Source: Candidatus Sulfotelmatobacter sp. | GTDB lineage: Bacteria; Acidobacteriota; Terriglobia; Terriglobales; Acidobacteriaceae | Direction of reading: 5' to 3' | DNA length: 64,000 nt | NCBI GenBank assembly: GCA_030039165.1 | Contig: JASHQM010000040.1 | Coordinates: forward strand, 24,522-88,521 | In this document: piece by piece, positions 34,840 through 43,706 of the stretch | How the letters are laid out: the number at the start of each line of letters is the position of its first letter | Numbering within the stretch: the first letter of the stretch is position 1 | Program-made: the position numbers and the translations under genes | Notes under the pieces: generated by a model | What the model saw: only the letters and a program-made list of their open reading frames with translations | The model's database searches: none | What the model was told of the DNA's origin: nothing

Positions 34840-35400
34840 CTAAACGGGTTCCACCTCGTAGCCGGCGACGCGCACATACAACGAGCGCTGAATCGGTTCC
34901 ACCGAAATCACTAGGCTGCGGTCGCCATTCTCGGCAACCAGAATTCCCTGAACTCCGTCCAGGGCTCCGCCGCGGACTCGCACGCGCTGGCCGAGGCGAA
35001 GATAAGGACGTTCATCGTAGGGAATTCTGCTGGCGAGGAGGGTCTTAATATCTTCGATCTGATGGTCGGGAATCGGGGTTCCACCGCCCTGCACCCCGAC
35101 GAAGCTCACCACGCCCTGAGTTTTGAGCACGCGAACTCTCTCGTCGGAAGTATGGATCATGCGCAGGAAGGCGTAACCGGAAAACAGGGGGGTTTCGACT
35201 TGCTTGCGGCGGTCGCTCCAGCTGTGAGTCTGCGTGACCACTGGAAGAAACGATTCGATGCCTTGACTTGCCAGTTGCCGCGCGACTAGCTTTTCATGGC
35301 GTGAGCGGGTGCGAACGGCGAACCATTGCGGCTGTTCCGGCCTTTGGCATTGCCCTTCCGCAGGCTGGAATCTCTGCATCACTGATGCCGCTCCGTTCAT
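34840..35400 (-). CDS. NusG-paralog transcription antiterminator (RfaH/UpxY/LoaP-like)
   Basis: NGN-domain start WFAVRTRSRHEKLVARQLASQGIESFLPV and KOW motif GQRVRVRGGALDGVQGILV. GGAG lies 3-6 nt upstream of ATG 35400. First gene of the minus-strand run. Confidence 0.85.
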   Translation of the reverse strand: MNGAASVMQRFQPAEGQCQRPEQPQWFAVRTRSRHEKLVARQLASQGIESFLPVVTQTHSWSDRRKQVETPLFSGYAFLRMIHTSDERVRVLKTQGVVSFVGVQGGGTPIPDHQIEDIKTLLASRIPYDERPYLRLGQRVRVRGGALDGVQGILVAENGDRSLVISVEPIQRSLYVRVAGYEVEPV

Positions 35401-35445
35401 GGCTCCGCCCTCTCAGTCACATTCCGCGATTCCAACAGGGAGGAA

Positions 35446-35474
35446 AATACACGCGTGAATATGGCATTGGTCAA
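35446..35474 (-). promoter_or_regulatory. candidate sigma70-type promoter for the EPS operon
   Basis: Minus strand: TTGACC (35474-35469), 17 nt, TGTATT (35451-35446), about 45 nt upstream of the NusG-paralog ATG. Pattern match only. Confidence 0.25.
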
Positions 35475-36049
35475 CTGCCAATACGAACAACGATTAAACC
35501 GTCGCCGGAGTTTCTGATTAGGGGGGATCTAATGCCGAACCACCGATGCCGGTGGGTCAATCAAAACGTGAACCGAGTGTACGTAGACTTGCAATTTCCT
35601 GCAAGAGGTAGAAAGCACTACGCAGCAAAAGACTTTCTGGCCCTATCCTTTAGTTGATCTCTAGAGACTTTGCAATAGAGGCAAAAGACTCTGCCTCGCC
35701 TGTTTCTTGTAAGATTCAGTATCCAAAAGGATTAGTTTTCCAAACTCTCCTTGACAGTGGGATTCAATGTATGGGAAAACACGCGCATCCAGTCAGAGTT
35801 GGACGGTTGCCCAGGTGTCGAGTGCGCCGCCTGAGAAGCTCCGTCATCGCCAGCCTGTGGAGTAAGGAGCCTGCTCTATTTGCATTTCATAGCAGGCGCC
35901 ACAAAATCACGCTTGGGAACCTTCGGCCTATGTCAGAAGGCGGCCCTCCCCCAGGGCGCAATTAGGACTAGTGAGAAGTTTCGCTCGCGACTCTAGGAAC
36001 CGGAAAACTAAATTGCCAGTTGCCACCGGCAACGCTAAAGGAGTTTTCT

Positions 36050-37660
36050 ATGCGCTCCCTTCGTCTGGCAGCCATTCTGTTTCTGGTTGCTCTTGCAGTG
36101 GTGATCATTTCCACACGCCAGACCGACACAGTAGAAGCCTCGTGTACACCGTCAACTTGTGCTCCACCACCGCCGCCTCCCCCCACCGTGGGCGAGTTCG
36201 GCGGACCTTTGGCGGGACTCAACCCTACGCAAACTGGATTGTTTAACGGGGGCTACGAGGAGTTTGCAATCAAATGGGATCCCATCCGCGGCCTGGGTCC
36301 CGTTTCCACTAAGACCGGATGTTTCGACTGTCACGGTGCCGGCACCAACGTACTAACGGGCACGGCCGGAGATACCAGTATGCAGACCGGCACGCGGTAC
36401 GGCAAATGGAATCCCGATGACACGTTCAATTATCTCGATGGCAATGGAACCTATCCGGAAAACGAAGGTGGGCCCACGAAGCACGGCGTTTCTAATGCAG
36501 GCTTCGGCACGTTGCCCGGCTGCAGCGTGATGAACATCGCGGCTTCGCCGGCGGGGGCGACCGAATCGGGAACTACCGTGACCATTACCACCACTGCACC
36601 CCACTTGTTCAAAGTGGGGCAGATGGCCCAGGTTGAGCAGGTTGGAGTGAAGGGTTACAACGGGATCTTCCAGATCGTCTCGATTCCAACGTCGACAACG
36701 CTCACCTACACCAACACGGTTTCCGGCCTTTCAACCTCGGGTGGTGGCGCGGTGAAAAACCTGCCGAGCGAAATCGTGCCTGCCGACGCAACGGTGGTCA
36801 GCACGGTGCGCTCGCCGCAGCTGTTCGGCCTGGGACTGGTCGACAACATTCCCGACTCGGCGATTCTGGCCAATGTGGGCGTGAGCAAGCCCTATGGCAT
36901 TACTGGGGTCGCCAACATGGTGCCGGATGAGAACGGCGTGATTCGTCCGGGGAAGTTCGGGCAGAAGTCGACGAATGTTTCGCTGTTTCAATTCGCCTTC
37001 AACGCCGAGTTCAACGAACTGGGGATGACCAACAATAACGGCCCCTTCGGCGCCGCCGGCATGTTCTTCCCGAACAAACACCTGCCCCAGGGCTTGCCAT
37101 ACCCTTCGGCTTGTGTGGATGACCCCAACTCACCCAATGACGTGAACCAGGTGGTCATGACCAAGAACACTCAGTTCATGGCCCTTCTCGCGCCGTTGCC
37201 TCCGGCGCAGTCAACTTCGCAAACCGAAGCCGGCTTCACCGTGTTTCAAAACGCCGGTTGCAGCGTTTGCCACATGGTCAGCTTCACGACACAATCTAAC
37301 GTGAAGCTGAGAACGACCAATGGCACTTTGACCGGCACCGTTGTGCCTCTCTCTAACGTGACCTTCAGCCCATACTCTGATTTCCTGCTGCACGACATGG
37401 GCTCGGGAGATTCGGGCGGCATTCCATATCAACCAAACAACCAGGGACAGGCAACTCTCACCATGTGGCGGACTGCGCCGCTATGGGGCTTGAGCAACAT
37501 CCTGCTCAAGGCTGGGGGGCTGATGCATGACAATGCCTCGACAAGCATTAATGCCGCCATTCTCCGGCATGGGGGCGAGGCAGCTACGGTCGTGCTGAAC
37601 TACCAGGGCCTGGACTCGAGCGACCAGTCGAATCTTTTGGCATTTCTAAATTCGCTGTAG
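36050..37660 (+). CDS. secreted di-heme c-type protein, DUF1111 (putative thiol oxidoreductase/peroxidase)-like
   Basis: AAAGGAG RBS ending 7 nt before ATG 36050, and a signal peptide. Two CxxCH motifs (CFDCH, CSVCH). GLGPVSTKTGCFDCH context typical of DUF1111. A Pro7 run follows the signal peptide. Confidence 0.8.
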   Translation: MRSLRLAAILFLVALAVVIISTRQTDTVEASCTPSTCAPPPPPPPTVGEFGGPLAGLNPTQTGLFNGGYEEFAIKWDPIRGLGPVSTKTGCFDCHGAGTNVLTGTAGDTSMQTGTRYGKWNPDDTFNYLDGNGTYPENEGGPTKHGVSNAGFGTLPGCSVMNIAASPAGATESGTTVTITTTAPHLFKVGQMAQVEQVGVKGYNGIFQIVSIPTSTTLTYTNTVSGLSTSGGGAVKNLPSEIVPADATVVSTVRSPQLFGLGLVDNIPDSAILANVGVSKPYGITGVANMVPDENGVIRPGKFGQKSTNVSLFQFAFNAEFNELGMTNNNGPFGAAGMFFPNKHLPQGLPYPSACVDDPNSPNDVNQVVMTKNTQFMALLAPLPPAQSTSQTEAGFTVFQNAGCSVCHMVSFTTQSNVKLRTTNGTLTGTVVPLSNVTFSPYSDFLLHDMGSGDSGGIPYQPNNQGQATLTMWRTAPLWGLSNILLKAGGLMHDNASTSINAAILRHGGEAATVVLNYQGLDSSDQSNLLAFLNSL

Positions 37661-37706
37661 CAGGTTTCTTTTTTGGATCGGCGCGGCTTTCGAGTCGCGT
37701 CGCGCG

Positions 37707-39026
37707 CTAGTACGCCAGCAGGATTCTCAGATCGCGTACATTGTTTCCTGTTGGCCCAGTCTCGATTGCGTCTCCCAACGCCGAGAATAGAGGATAAGCA
37801 TCAAATCTCTTCAGCGGCGCTTGCAGCTCGAAGCCGAGCTGCCGCGCCCGTGCGGCCGTGGTTCCATCGGCGACTGCTCCGGCGGCGGGGCTGTTTCCAT
37901 CCACGCCGTCGGTCCCTCCGCTGAGCACAGTAATGTTCTCTCCGGCAATTTGCTGCGCGCACGCAAGCGCAAACTGCTGGTTGCGGCCGCCTCTCCCACC
38001 ATCGGTTACCTTCACTGTCACTTCGCCGCCGGAAAGCAGGCACGCGGGCTCGGACTCTTTTCTCATCTTGCGCAGATGTTTCAGCAGATATTCAGCGGCG
38101 CGCTCGTACTCCCAGTCGTCGCAGGAGTTATCCACATGAACTGTGAAGCCCGCGCTTTCGGCCGCAGCTTTCGCCTGCTCCACGGCCCTCTGATTCGATA
38201 AAACGGTCCACCAGCGCGAGCGCCCAAATGCCTGATCGTCGGATTTAGGAGTTTCCTCGAGCGCATGGCGCTCAAACAGTTCGCGCGTGGAGATGGGTAA
38301 TTGCGCCATCAAATCGTGCTTCTCAGCGATGCGATAGCAATCCTCGACGCTGGTCGAATCGGGCATGGTCGGGCCGGAGGCCAGCGCATCAGGTGTGTTG
38401 TCAGGAACATCTGAAACGAACAACGAAACCTGCTGCGCCGGGAACGCCGCCTGGGCCAACCGTCCGCCTTTGACCGCAGAAAGATGTTTTCTTACGGCAT
38501 TGATTTCGGCAATCGGAGCTCCCGAATGCACAAGCACACGATAAGTGCCAATGAGGTCGTCCAGAGAAATTTCATCATCAATGGGCTTCTCGACGATCGA
38601 CGACCCTCCCCCGCTGATCATGAAAATCACGAGCGAGGTCGCTGTCTGCCCTTCCAGAATCTTGCGAATCGCTTTTGCCGCATGAATCGACTCAGCATTC
38701 GGCGTAGGATGCCCACCGCAGAAATATCGCAAGCCACGAACCTGCGTAGGCGCAATCACCGAACTGGCCACAATGCCTTCGAGAGCGGACTCGCCCACCT
38801 GTTGACTTAGCGCTTCCACCATCGTGTGTCCAGCCTTGCCGATAGAAATTACGAGCACACGCGAATAGGAATGCAGATCGTAGAGATCTTCGCAGACGCG
38901 CAGAATTCCGCGCTCGCAGTGGACATGCCGGGCAAAGGCTTTGGCGATCGAAGCTTCGGCCAAGGCGTAGCGAAAGATTTCCCGAGCGGTATCGCGCATT
39001 TGACGATGCGGGTCAGTTTTGTTCAT
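37707..39026 (-). CDS. glycerate 2-kinase / hydroxypyruvate reductase-type protein (DUF4147 + MOFRL)
   Basis: LLSGGEVTVKVTDGGRGGRNQQFALA and VLSGGTDGVDGNSPAAGAVAD are MOFRL-family signatures. Confidence 0.85.
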   Translation of the reverse strand: MNKTDPHRQMRDTAREIFRYALAEASIAKAFARHVHCERGILRVCEDLYDLHSYSRVLVISIGKAGHTMVEALSQQVGESALEGIVASSVIAPTQVRGLRYFCGGHPTPNAESIHAAKAIRKILEGQTATSLVIFMISGGGSSIVEKPIDDEISLDDLIGTYRVLVHSGAPIAEINAVRKHLSAVKGGRLAQAAFPAQQVSLFVSDVPDNTPDALASGPTMPDSTSVEDCYRIAEKHDLMAQLPISTRELFERHALEETPKSDDQAFGRSRWWTVLSNQRAVEQAKAAAESAGFTVHVDNSCDDWEYERAAEYLLKHLRKMRKESEPACLLSGGEVTVKVTDGGRGGRNQQFALACAQQIAGENITVLSGGTDGVDGNSPAAGAVADGTTAARARQLGFELQAPLKRFDAYPLFSALGDAIETGPTGNNVRDLRILLAY

Positions 39027-39792
39027 GAATATTGGTCAGTTGTTCATGAATGAGCGTTGCCCTCACCCACCTCTCAATCGCTTCGCGCAACTCGCGCAAC
39101 CGCCCTTCGAAAAAGTGATCTGCGCCTTCGACCAGCACCAGCTTTTTCGGCTCGGCCGCCATGGCGACCATCTCTTCTAGTCTCGCCCGCGGTCCGAACG
39201 GGTCCCGCGCTCCGCTCAAAAACAATTTCGGCTTCGAGCACTCTCGCAGAAATTCGTATGCATACGTTCGCGAAACCAGACTGTCGCCCACCATCTGGCC
39301 GACCGGCGTTCCCAGGCCAATTAATGCCCTCACGCGCGTATCCGGACACGCCGCACGCAGACCAACCGACGCGCCAAAGGAAAATCCGGCAAATATGATG
39401 GGCAAATGAGATTCTTCCGCCAGCCAGTCCAGCGCGGAGTGGACATCATCTACTTCTCCGCCGCCCCCATCGTGCTCGCCATGACTCAGGCCCGCGCCTC
39501 GAAAGTTGAAGCGCAGCACGGGAAATCCGAAACTGTTCAGCGCCTTCATGGTATGAAACACAACTTTGTTGTGCATCGTGCCGCCAAACAGAGGATGCGG
39601 ATGGCAAACCAGCGCGGCATGACTCGCGTTCTTCGCGCCGCCATTCAGCAGCGCTTCGAGCCTTCCAGCCGGGCCGTCAAGAAAAAACGACCGGATAGTA
39701 GAGTTCTGCGCGATCACTGGATTCAGATTACATGAAGTCAGAAATTTAAGATGCGGGAGGTGCAGTTCGGTGTCATCCTGAGCAAGCCTCAT
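39013..39792 (-). CDS. alpha/beta hydrolase (COG2945-like)
   Basis: GPAGRLEALL...HPHPLFGGTMHNKVV...FAGFSFGA (GxSxG). Start uncertain: ATG 39792, GTG 39717, or the ORF start 39879. 14-nt overlap with the glycerate kinase start. Confidence 0.7.
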   Translation of the reverse strand: MRLAQDDTELHLPHLKFLTSCNLNPVIAQNSTIRSFFLDGPAGRLEALLNGGAKNASHAALVCHPHPLFGGTMHNKVVFHTMKALNSFGFPVLRFNFRGAGLSHGEHDGGGGEVDDVHSALDWLAEESHLPIIFAGFSFGASVGLRAACPDTRVRALIGLGTPVGQMVGDSLVSRTYAYEFLRECSKPKLFLSGARDPFGPRARLEEMVAMAAEPKKLVLVEGADHFFEGRLRELREAIERWVRATLIHEQLTNIHEQN

Positions 39793-39948
39793 TTGCGCAG
39801 CGAAGGATCTGGGCGAGCCGCGCGGTGCGGGGCGTTCGTTGCGCCGCAACAATCGCGCCTTGGCTCGCCTCCTCTTCAAACTGTAAGGCTGCCCTGCATT
39901 GACTTCTTACCGTCTGACCTTCCGGCTCCGTTTGCTATCCTCAATCTC

Positions 39949-40959
39949 ATGGATGCCATTACGCTCACGAGGCAACTCATCGACATCGAATCCATCTCCG
40001 GCAACGAAGGCGCGGTCGGACATTACTTGTACGGCGAGTTGTGCCGTGCCGGATACCAGGCGCGAAGAATTCCGGTCGAAGGCGAACGCTTCAACATATT
40101 TGCCACATCGCCCGAGCAGTCGCATCCTGCGGTAGTTTTTTCCACCCACATGGATACCGTCCCGCCATTTATTCCCTCATCCGAAGACGCCACCAAGATT
40201 TACGGCCGTGGATCATGCGACGCCAAAGGCATCATCGCCGCGCAGGTCGCCGCCGCAGAGCGCCTGCGCCAGCAGGGAATCTTTGCGGGATTGTTGTTTG
40301 TCGCAGGCGAAGAACGGGACAGCCTGGGTGCGAAGGTTGCAAACGAGTACGCGGGCAGTCAGAACATAAGAAGCAAATATCTTATTAACGGCGAGCCTAC
40401 CGAAAATCGAGTGGCCCTGGCCTCCAAAGGAACGCTGCGAGTCGAAGTTACCGCCTCCGGGCGCATGGCGCACTCGGCTTATCCCGAGCTCGGCGATTCC
40501 GCGATTGACAAGCTGATTGCCGTTCTTTCGCGCTTGTTGGCCATGCCTCTGCCCAGCGACCCGGAAATCGGCCCGTGCACGTTGAACATCGGATTGATCG
40601 AAGGCGGCCGCGCGCCCAACGTAATTCCCGATTACGCCCACTCCGACCTGGTCTACCGGCTGGTTGGCCCTACGCAAGAATTGCGGCGCGAGATTCTGGC
40701 AGCGGCCGGAGATCGCGTTAAGATCGATTTCCCCCTCGAACTTCCTTTCGTCCGCCTGCGAACGGTTGACGGCTTGCCCACCATGATCGCGGCCTTCACT
40801 ACCGACATTCCCCGGCTTACGAACTGGGGCGAACCGTTGCTGATCGGCCCTGGGTCAATTCACGTGGCGCACACGGAAGGCGAATTCATCGAGAAGCGTC
40901 AGCTTGTGGAAGCGATCGAGTTGTACTGCAAAATCGCCAGAACGCTGGTCGACGGGTAG
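39949..40959 (+). CDS. M20-family metallopeptidase (ArgE/DapE-like deacylase)
   Basis: MDAITLTRQLIDIESISGNEGAV, HMDTVP, GRGSCDAKG, GEE, and AHSAYPELG in the dimerisation-domain region. ATG 39949 chosen over ORF start 39751. Confidence 0.85.
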   Translation: MDAITLTRQLIDIESISGNEGAVGHYLYGELCRAGYQARRIPVEGERFNIFATSPEQSHPAVVFSTHMDTVPPFIPSSEDATKIYGRGSCDAKGIIAAQVAAAERLRQQGIFAGLLFVAGEERDSLGAKVANEYAGSQNIRSKYLINGEPTENRVALASKGTLRVEVTASGRMAHSAYPELGDSAIDKLIAVLSRLLAMPLPSDPEIGPCTLNIGLIEGGRAPNVIPDYAHSDLVYRLVGPTQELRREILAAAGDRVKIDFPLELPFVRLRTVDGLPTMIAAFTTDIPRLTNWGEPLLIGPGSIHVAHTEGEFIEKRQLVEAIELYCKIARTLVDG

Positions 40960-40975
40960 GTAAGCGCGTAACGAC

Positions 40976-41725
40976 TTACTTGGCCTGCAGCTTCAACCTC
41001 GCCAGCAGCGCATATGCCTTGCGGAACCACGGCCGCTCACGGCGTCGTTGATATCCTGGCATGGTCGGCCTCTTGTCGAGAATCTTCTGGGCCCATTCGC
41101 GTGCCTCCGCCACCCGGCCCTGCGACTGAAGAAAGAGTGCATAGTTGTAGTAAGTCTCGGAGCTGGTAGAAATCTTGGTCGCTTGCCGAAACAGCTCGTT
41201 GGCTTTTTCGTTCTGCCCGGTCTGCGCATAGGCGTGAGCCAGCAAGCCTTTGGCGCGATGAAAATCGTAGTCAGGGTCGGCGTCGACCGCCCGCTTGAGG
41301 TCGGGTTCAGCTGCGGCAAAATCTCCCATCTCCACCTCGGCCACGCCGCGCCGGTAGAACGGATCGACGGAATCGGTGCGCGACGAGATTGCCCGGGCGT
41401 AGCAGGCGCGTGCCTGGGCGAAGTCGCCATCATCGAGATAGAGCAATCCCAGCTCTTCATAATTGCCGGCGGAAGGATTGTCCATAATGGCCCGCTCCAG
41501 TTCGTGAATGCGCCGGCGCCGCGGAAAAACCTGAAATTCCGTGCGCAGCAAACTGGCGTCGGGGAGCACTTCGACCACGATGTAAACCAAAGCCCCGATC
41601 CATCCCAGGAAGAGAATGATAAAGATCCAATAGGTGTCGGGGCGGCGGCGGATGAAATGCACGATGGCTACTACCTGCAAAATTACTCCCCACCAGGAGG
41701 CGAAAAAGAACAGTAGCGATCCCAT
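40976..41725 (-). CDS. membrane protein with PLDc_N-like two-helix N-terminus and TPR repeats
   Basis: MGSLLFFFASWWGVILQVVAIVHFIRRRPDTYWIFIILFLGWIGALVYIVVE, followed by several TPR-like units (AQARACYARAIS..., HAYAQTGQNEKANELFRQA...). ATG 41725 chosen; the upstream part of the ORF looks non-coding. Confidence 0.7.
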   Translation of the reverse strand: MGSLLFFFASWWGVILQVVAIVHFIRRRPDTYWIFIILFLGWIGALVYIVVEVLPDASLLRTEFQVFPRRRRIHELERAIMDNPSAGNYEELGLLYLDDGDFAQARACYARAISSRTDSVDPFYRRGVAEVEMGDFAAAEPDLKRAVDADPDYDFHRAKGLLAHAYAQTGQNEKANELFRQATKISTSSETYYNYALFLQSQGRVAEAREWAQKILDKRPTMPGYQRRRERPWFRKAYALLARLKLQAK

Positions 41726-41791
41726 GGAAAGCGCAATATAACACGCGGGAGGCCGAAGCCCCACGCCTGAAGCCCGAAGCCCGCCCGTCAT

Positions 41792-42694
41792 GTGACAATA
41801 TCGATAGTGACCAATTCTTCTCTCAAAAGCCCTACTCCGATCGCCGAAGCCGCAAGCCCGGCTTGCTCTATTCGGCTCATCGCCACCGACATTGATGGCA
41901 CGCTGCTCAATCCCCAATTCCAGATCTCTGCCGATGATCTGAACGCGCTTCGCCGCGCTCACGACACAGGCATCGAAATCGTGCTGGTCACCGGCCGCAG
42001 GCACACTTTTGCCCTGCCCATCGCCCAGCAACTCGGCTTCGATCTATGGCTGATCAGTTCCAACGGTGCGGTCACGCGCTCGCTTTCAGGCGAGACATTT
42101 CATCGCGACTTCATGCCGTGCCAAATCTGCCGCGAACTGTGCGAAGCCATGCAAGCTTTCCGCGGAAACACCGTTCTTACATTTGACCGAGAAACCAAAG
42201 GCGCCATCGTTATCGAACATCTTGACGATTTGAACTTGAGCATCCGCCGCTGGCTGGAAAAGAACATGCCGTATATCGAGTTTGTTGTTCCCCTCGAAAA
42301 GGCCTTGACCACGGACCCTCTGCAAGCGATGTTCTGCGGCTCGATGGCGCGGATGAGTGAGGCCTTGGCTGCGCTCGATGCCAGCGGCGTCGGCAACCGG
42401 GTCACGATCCTGCGCACCGAATATCCTGACCGTAACCTCTCTATGATTGATGTACTGAATGCAGGCTGCTCCAAAGGCCACGCGCTCCAACGCTGGGCCA
42501 TTTATCGCGGCCTGCGCCGCGAGCAGGTCATGGCCATCGGTGACAACCATAACGATGTAGAAATGCTTGAGTTCGCCGGCCATCCGGTTATCATGGGAAA
42601 TGCGTGTGAGGAACTGCGCGGCCGGGGCTGGAATTTGACCTTGGGCAATGATTGCGGCGGAGTTGCCGCAGCCGTCGCTGGGGTTCTCGGTTAG
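41792..42694 (+). CDS. Cof-type HAD-IIB phosphatase
   Basis: Motif I LIATDIDGTLL, motif II VLVTGR, motif IV IGDNHNDVEML. GTG start. Confidence 0.85.
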   Translation: MTISIVTNSSLKSPTPIAEAASPACSIRLIATDIDGTLLNPQFQISADDLNALRRAHDTGIEIVLVTGRRHTFALPIAQQLGFDLWLISSNGAVTRSLSGETFHRDFMPCQICRELCEAMQAFRGNTVLTFDRETKGAIVIEHLDDLNLSIRRWLEKNMPYIEFVVPLEKALTTDPLQAMFCGSMARMSEALAALDASGVGNRVTILRTEYPDRNLSMIDVLNAGCSKGHALQRWAIYRGLRREQVMAIGDNHNDVEMLEFAGHPVIMGNACEELRGRGWNLTLGNDCGGVAAAVAGVLG

Positions 42695-42756
42695 CAGCAC
42701 TCGACCGGACGCAAGGTCGAAACAGCCGAGTCTGCCGAGCTGAAATTTGACCTGAG

Positions 42757-43602
42757 TTGCAAATTTTGAAGGCGAAACGCACAATCCGGCTTACCGCACT
42801 TAGCGCCCTGCTCGCGCTGGCCTTAATCCCTCTTTGCTCTGGAACCGATGTAGCCGTACTGCGCAATGGATTCTCCATTCGTCACGAGCGCCGCAGAGTA
42901 ATCGGCACCACCACCCGCCTCTATGTCGACGGAGACAATTCGAGTTTTGTCGATGTGCCCACCGACCAGATTGATCATTTCGAGCAACTGCCAACTGAAC
43001 CGCGTTCCACCGGTGCAAAAACTCTCACGCCAGCGCGCGAGGAATATTCCGCCCACAGCCTCGATCAGCCGCTCGATCTGAACGAACTGATCAATACTTC
43101 GAGCGAGATCTATAAGCTTGATCCCGATCTGGTCAGCAGCGTCATCCACGCGGAGAGCGGTTTTAATGTGCGCGCCGTTTCGCCAAAAGGTGCGCAAGGG
43201 CTGATGCAGTTAATGCCCCGGACCGCATCAGATTTGGGCGTGAGCAACGCCTTCGACGCGCGCGCCAACGTGGACGGCGGCACGCGCTATCTGCGCGAAC
43301 TGCTCGAGCGCTACAACTTCGACATCATCAAGGCACTCGCCGCGTATAATGCCGGGCCTCAACGTGTCGAGCAGTATGGGGGCGTTCCTCCTTACTACGA
43401 GACCAAGGCCTACGTGGCGCGCGTGGTGCGGGACTTCAACAAAAAGAAGCTCGCAGCCAAGGCTGCGGATCACTCGACTGCCCACAAAACCGGAACCATG
43501 ACCTCCGCTCCCGGTGCGAAGCCAGAAGGCTCGAAGCGGCCGGCGCAGGCCAAAAACCATCCGGATGCTTCCCAATCGGCAACTCAAATGGCGCGTCAGT
43601 GA
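42757..43602 (+). CDS. lytic transglycosylase (SLT domain)
   Basis: Signal peptide. AESGFNVRAVSPKGAQGLMQLMPRTA and AAYNAGP motifs. TTG start. Confidence 0.85.
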   Translation: MQILKAKRTIRLTALSALLALALIPLCSGTDVAVLRNGFSIRHERRRVIGTTTRLYVDGDNSSFVDVPTDQIDHFEQLPTEPRSTGAKTLTPAREEYSAHSLDQPLDLNELINTSSEIYKLDPDLVSSVIHAESGFNVRAVSPKGAQGLMQLMPRTASDLGVSNAFDARANVDGGTRYLRELLERYNFDIIKALAAYNAGPQRVEQYGGVPPYYETKAYVARVVRDFNKKKLAAKAADHSTAHKTGTMTSAPGAKPEGSKRPAQAKNHPDASQSATQMARQ

Positions 43603-43706
43603 CGTTTCATCCCGTCTTTTGGCCCTTCCCTTGTGCTGCCAGCATCTTTTAGTGGAAAATCTTCATCATACGGAATGGTTCGGGCGTTTTCCGGAGACTC
43701 TCCTTA

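Noticed and set aside
35654-35965. 103-aa ORF in the long intergenic region upstream of the EPS operon
   Set aside because: It has a TTG start and no RBS, and its composition (Arg/Cys/Ser-rich) is not coding-like. The region is better treated as a promoter/leader.
36010-36032. TGGCAA...-type sequence and GTTGCC-acc-GGCAAC hairpin as a possible sigma54 promoter
   Set aside because: The GG/GC spacing does not fit the -24/-12 consensus on either strand. The 6-bp hairpin is weak and sits next to the RBS of the DUF1111-like gene.
36500-36760. Possible inserted beta-rich domain between the two heme motifs of the DUF1111-like protein
   Set aside because: I cannot judge insertion versus normal family length without an alignment, so it is not reported as a finding.
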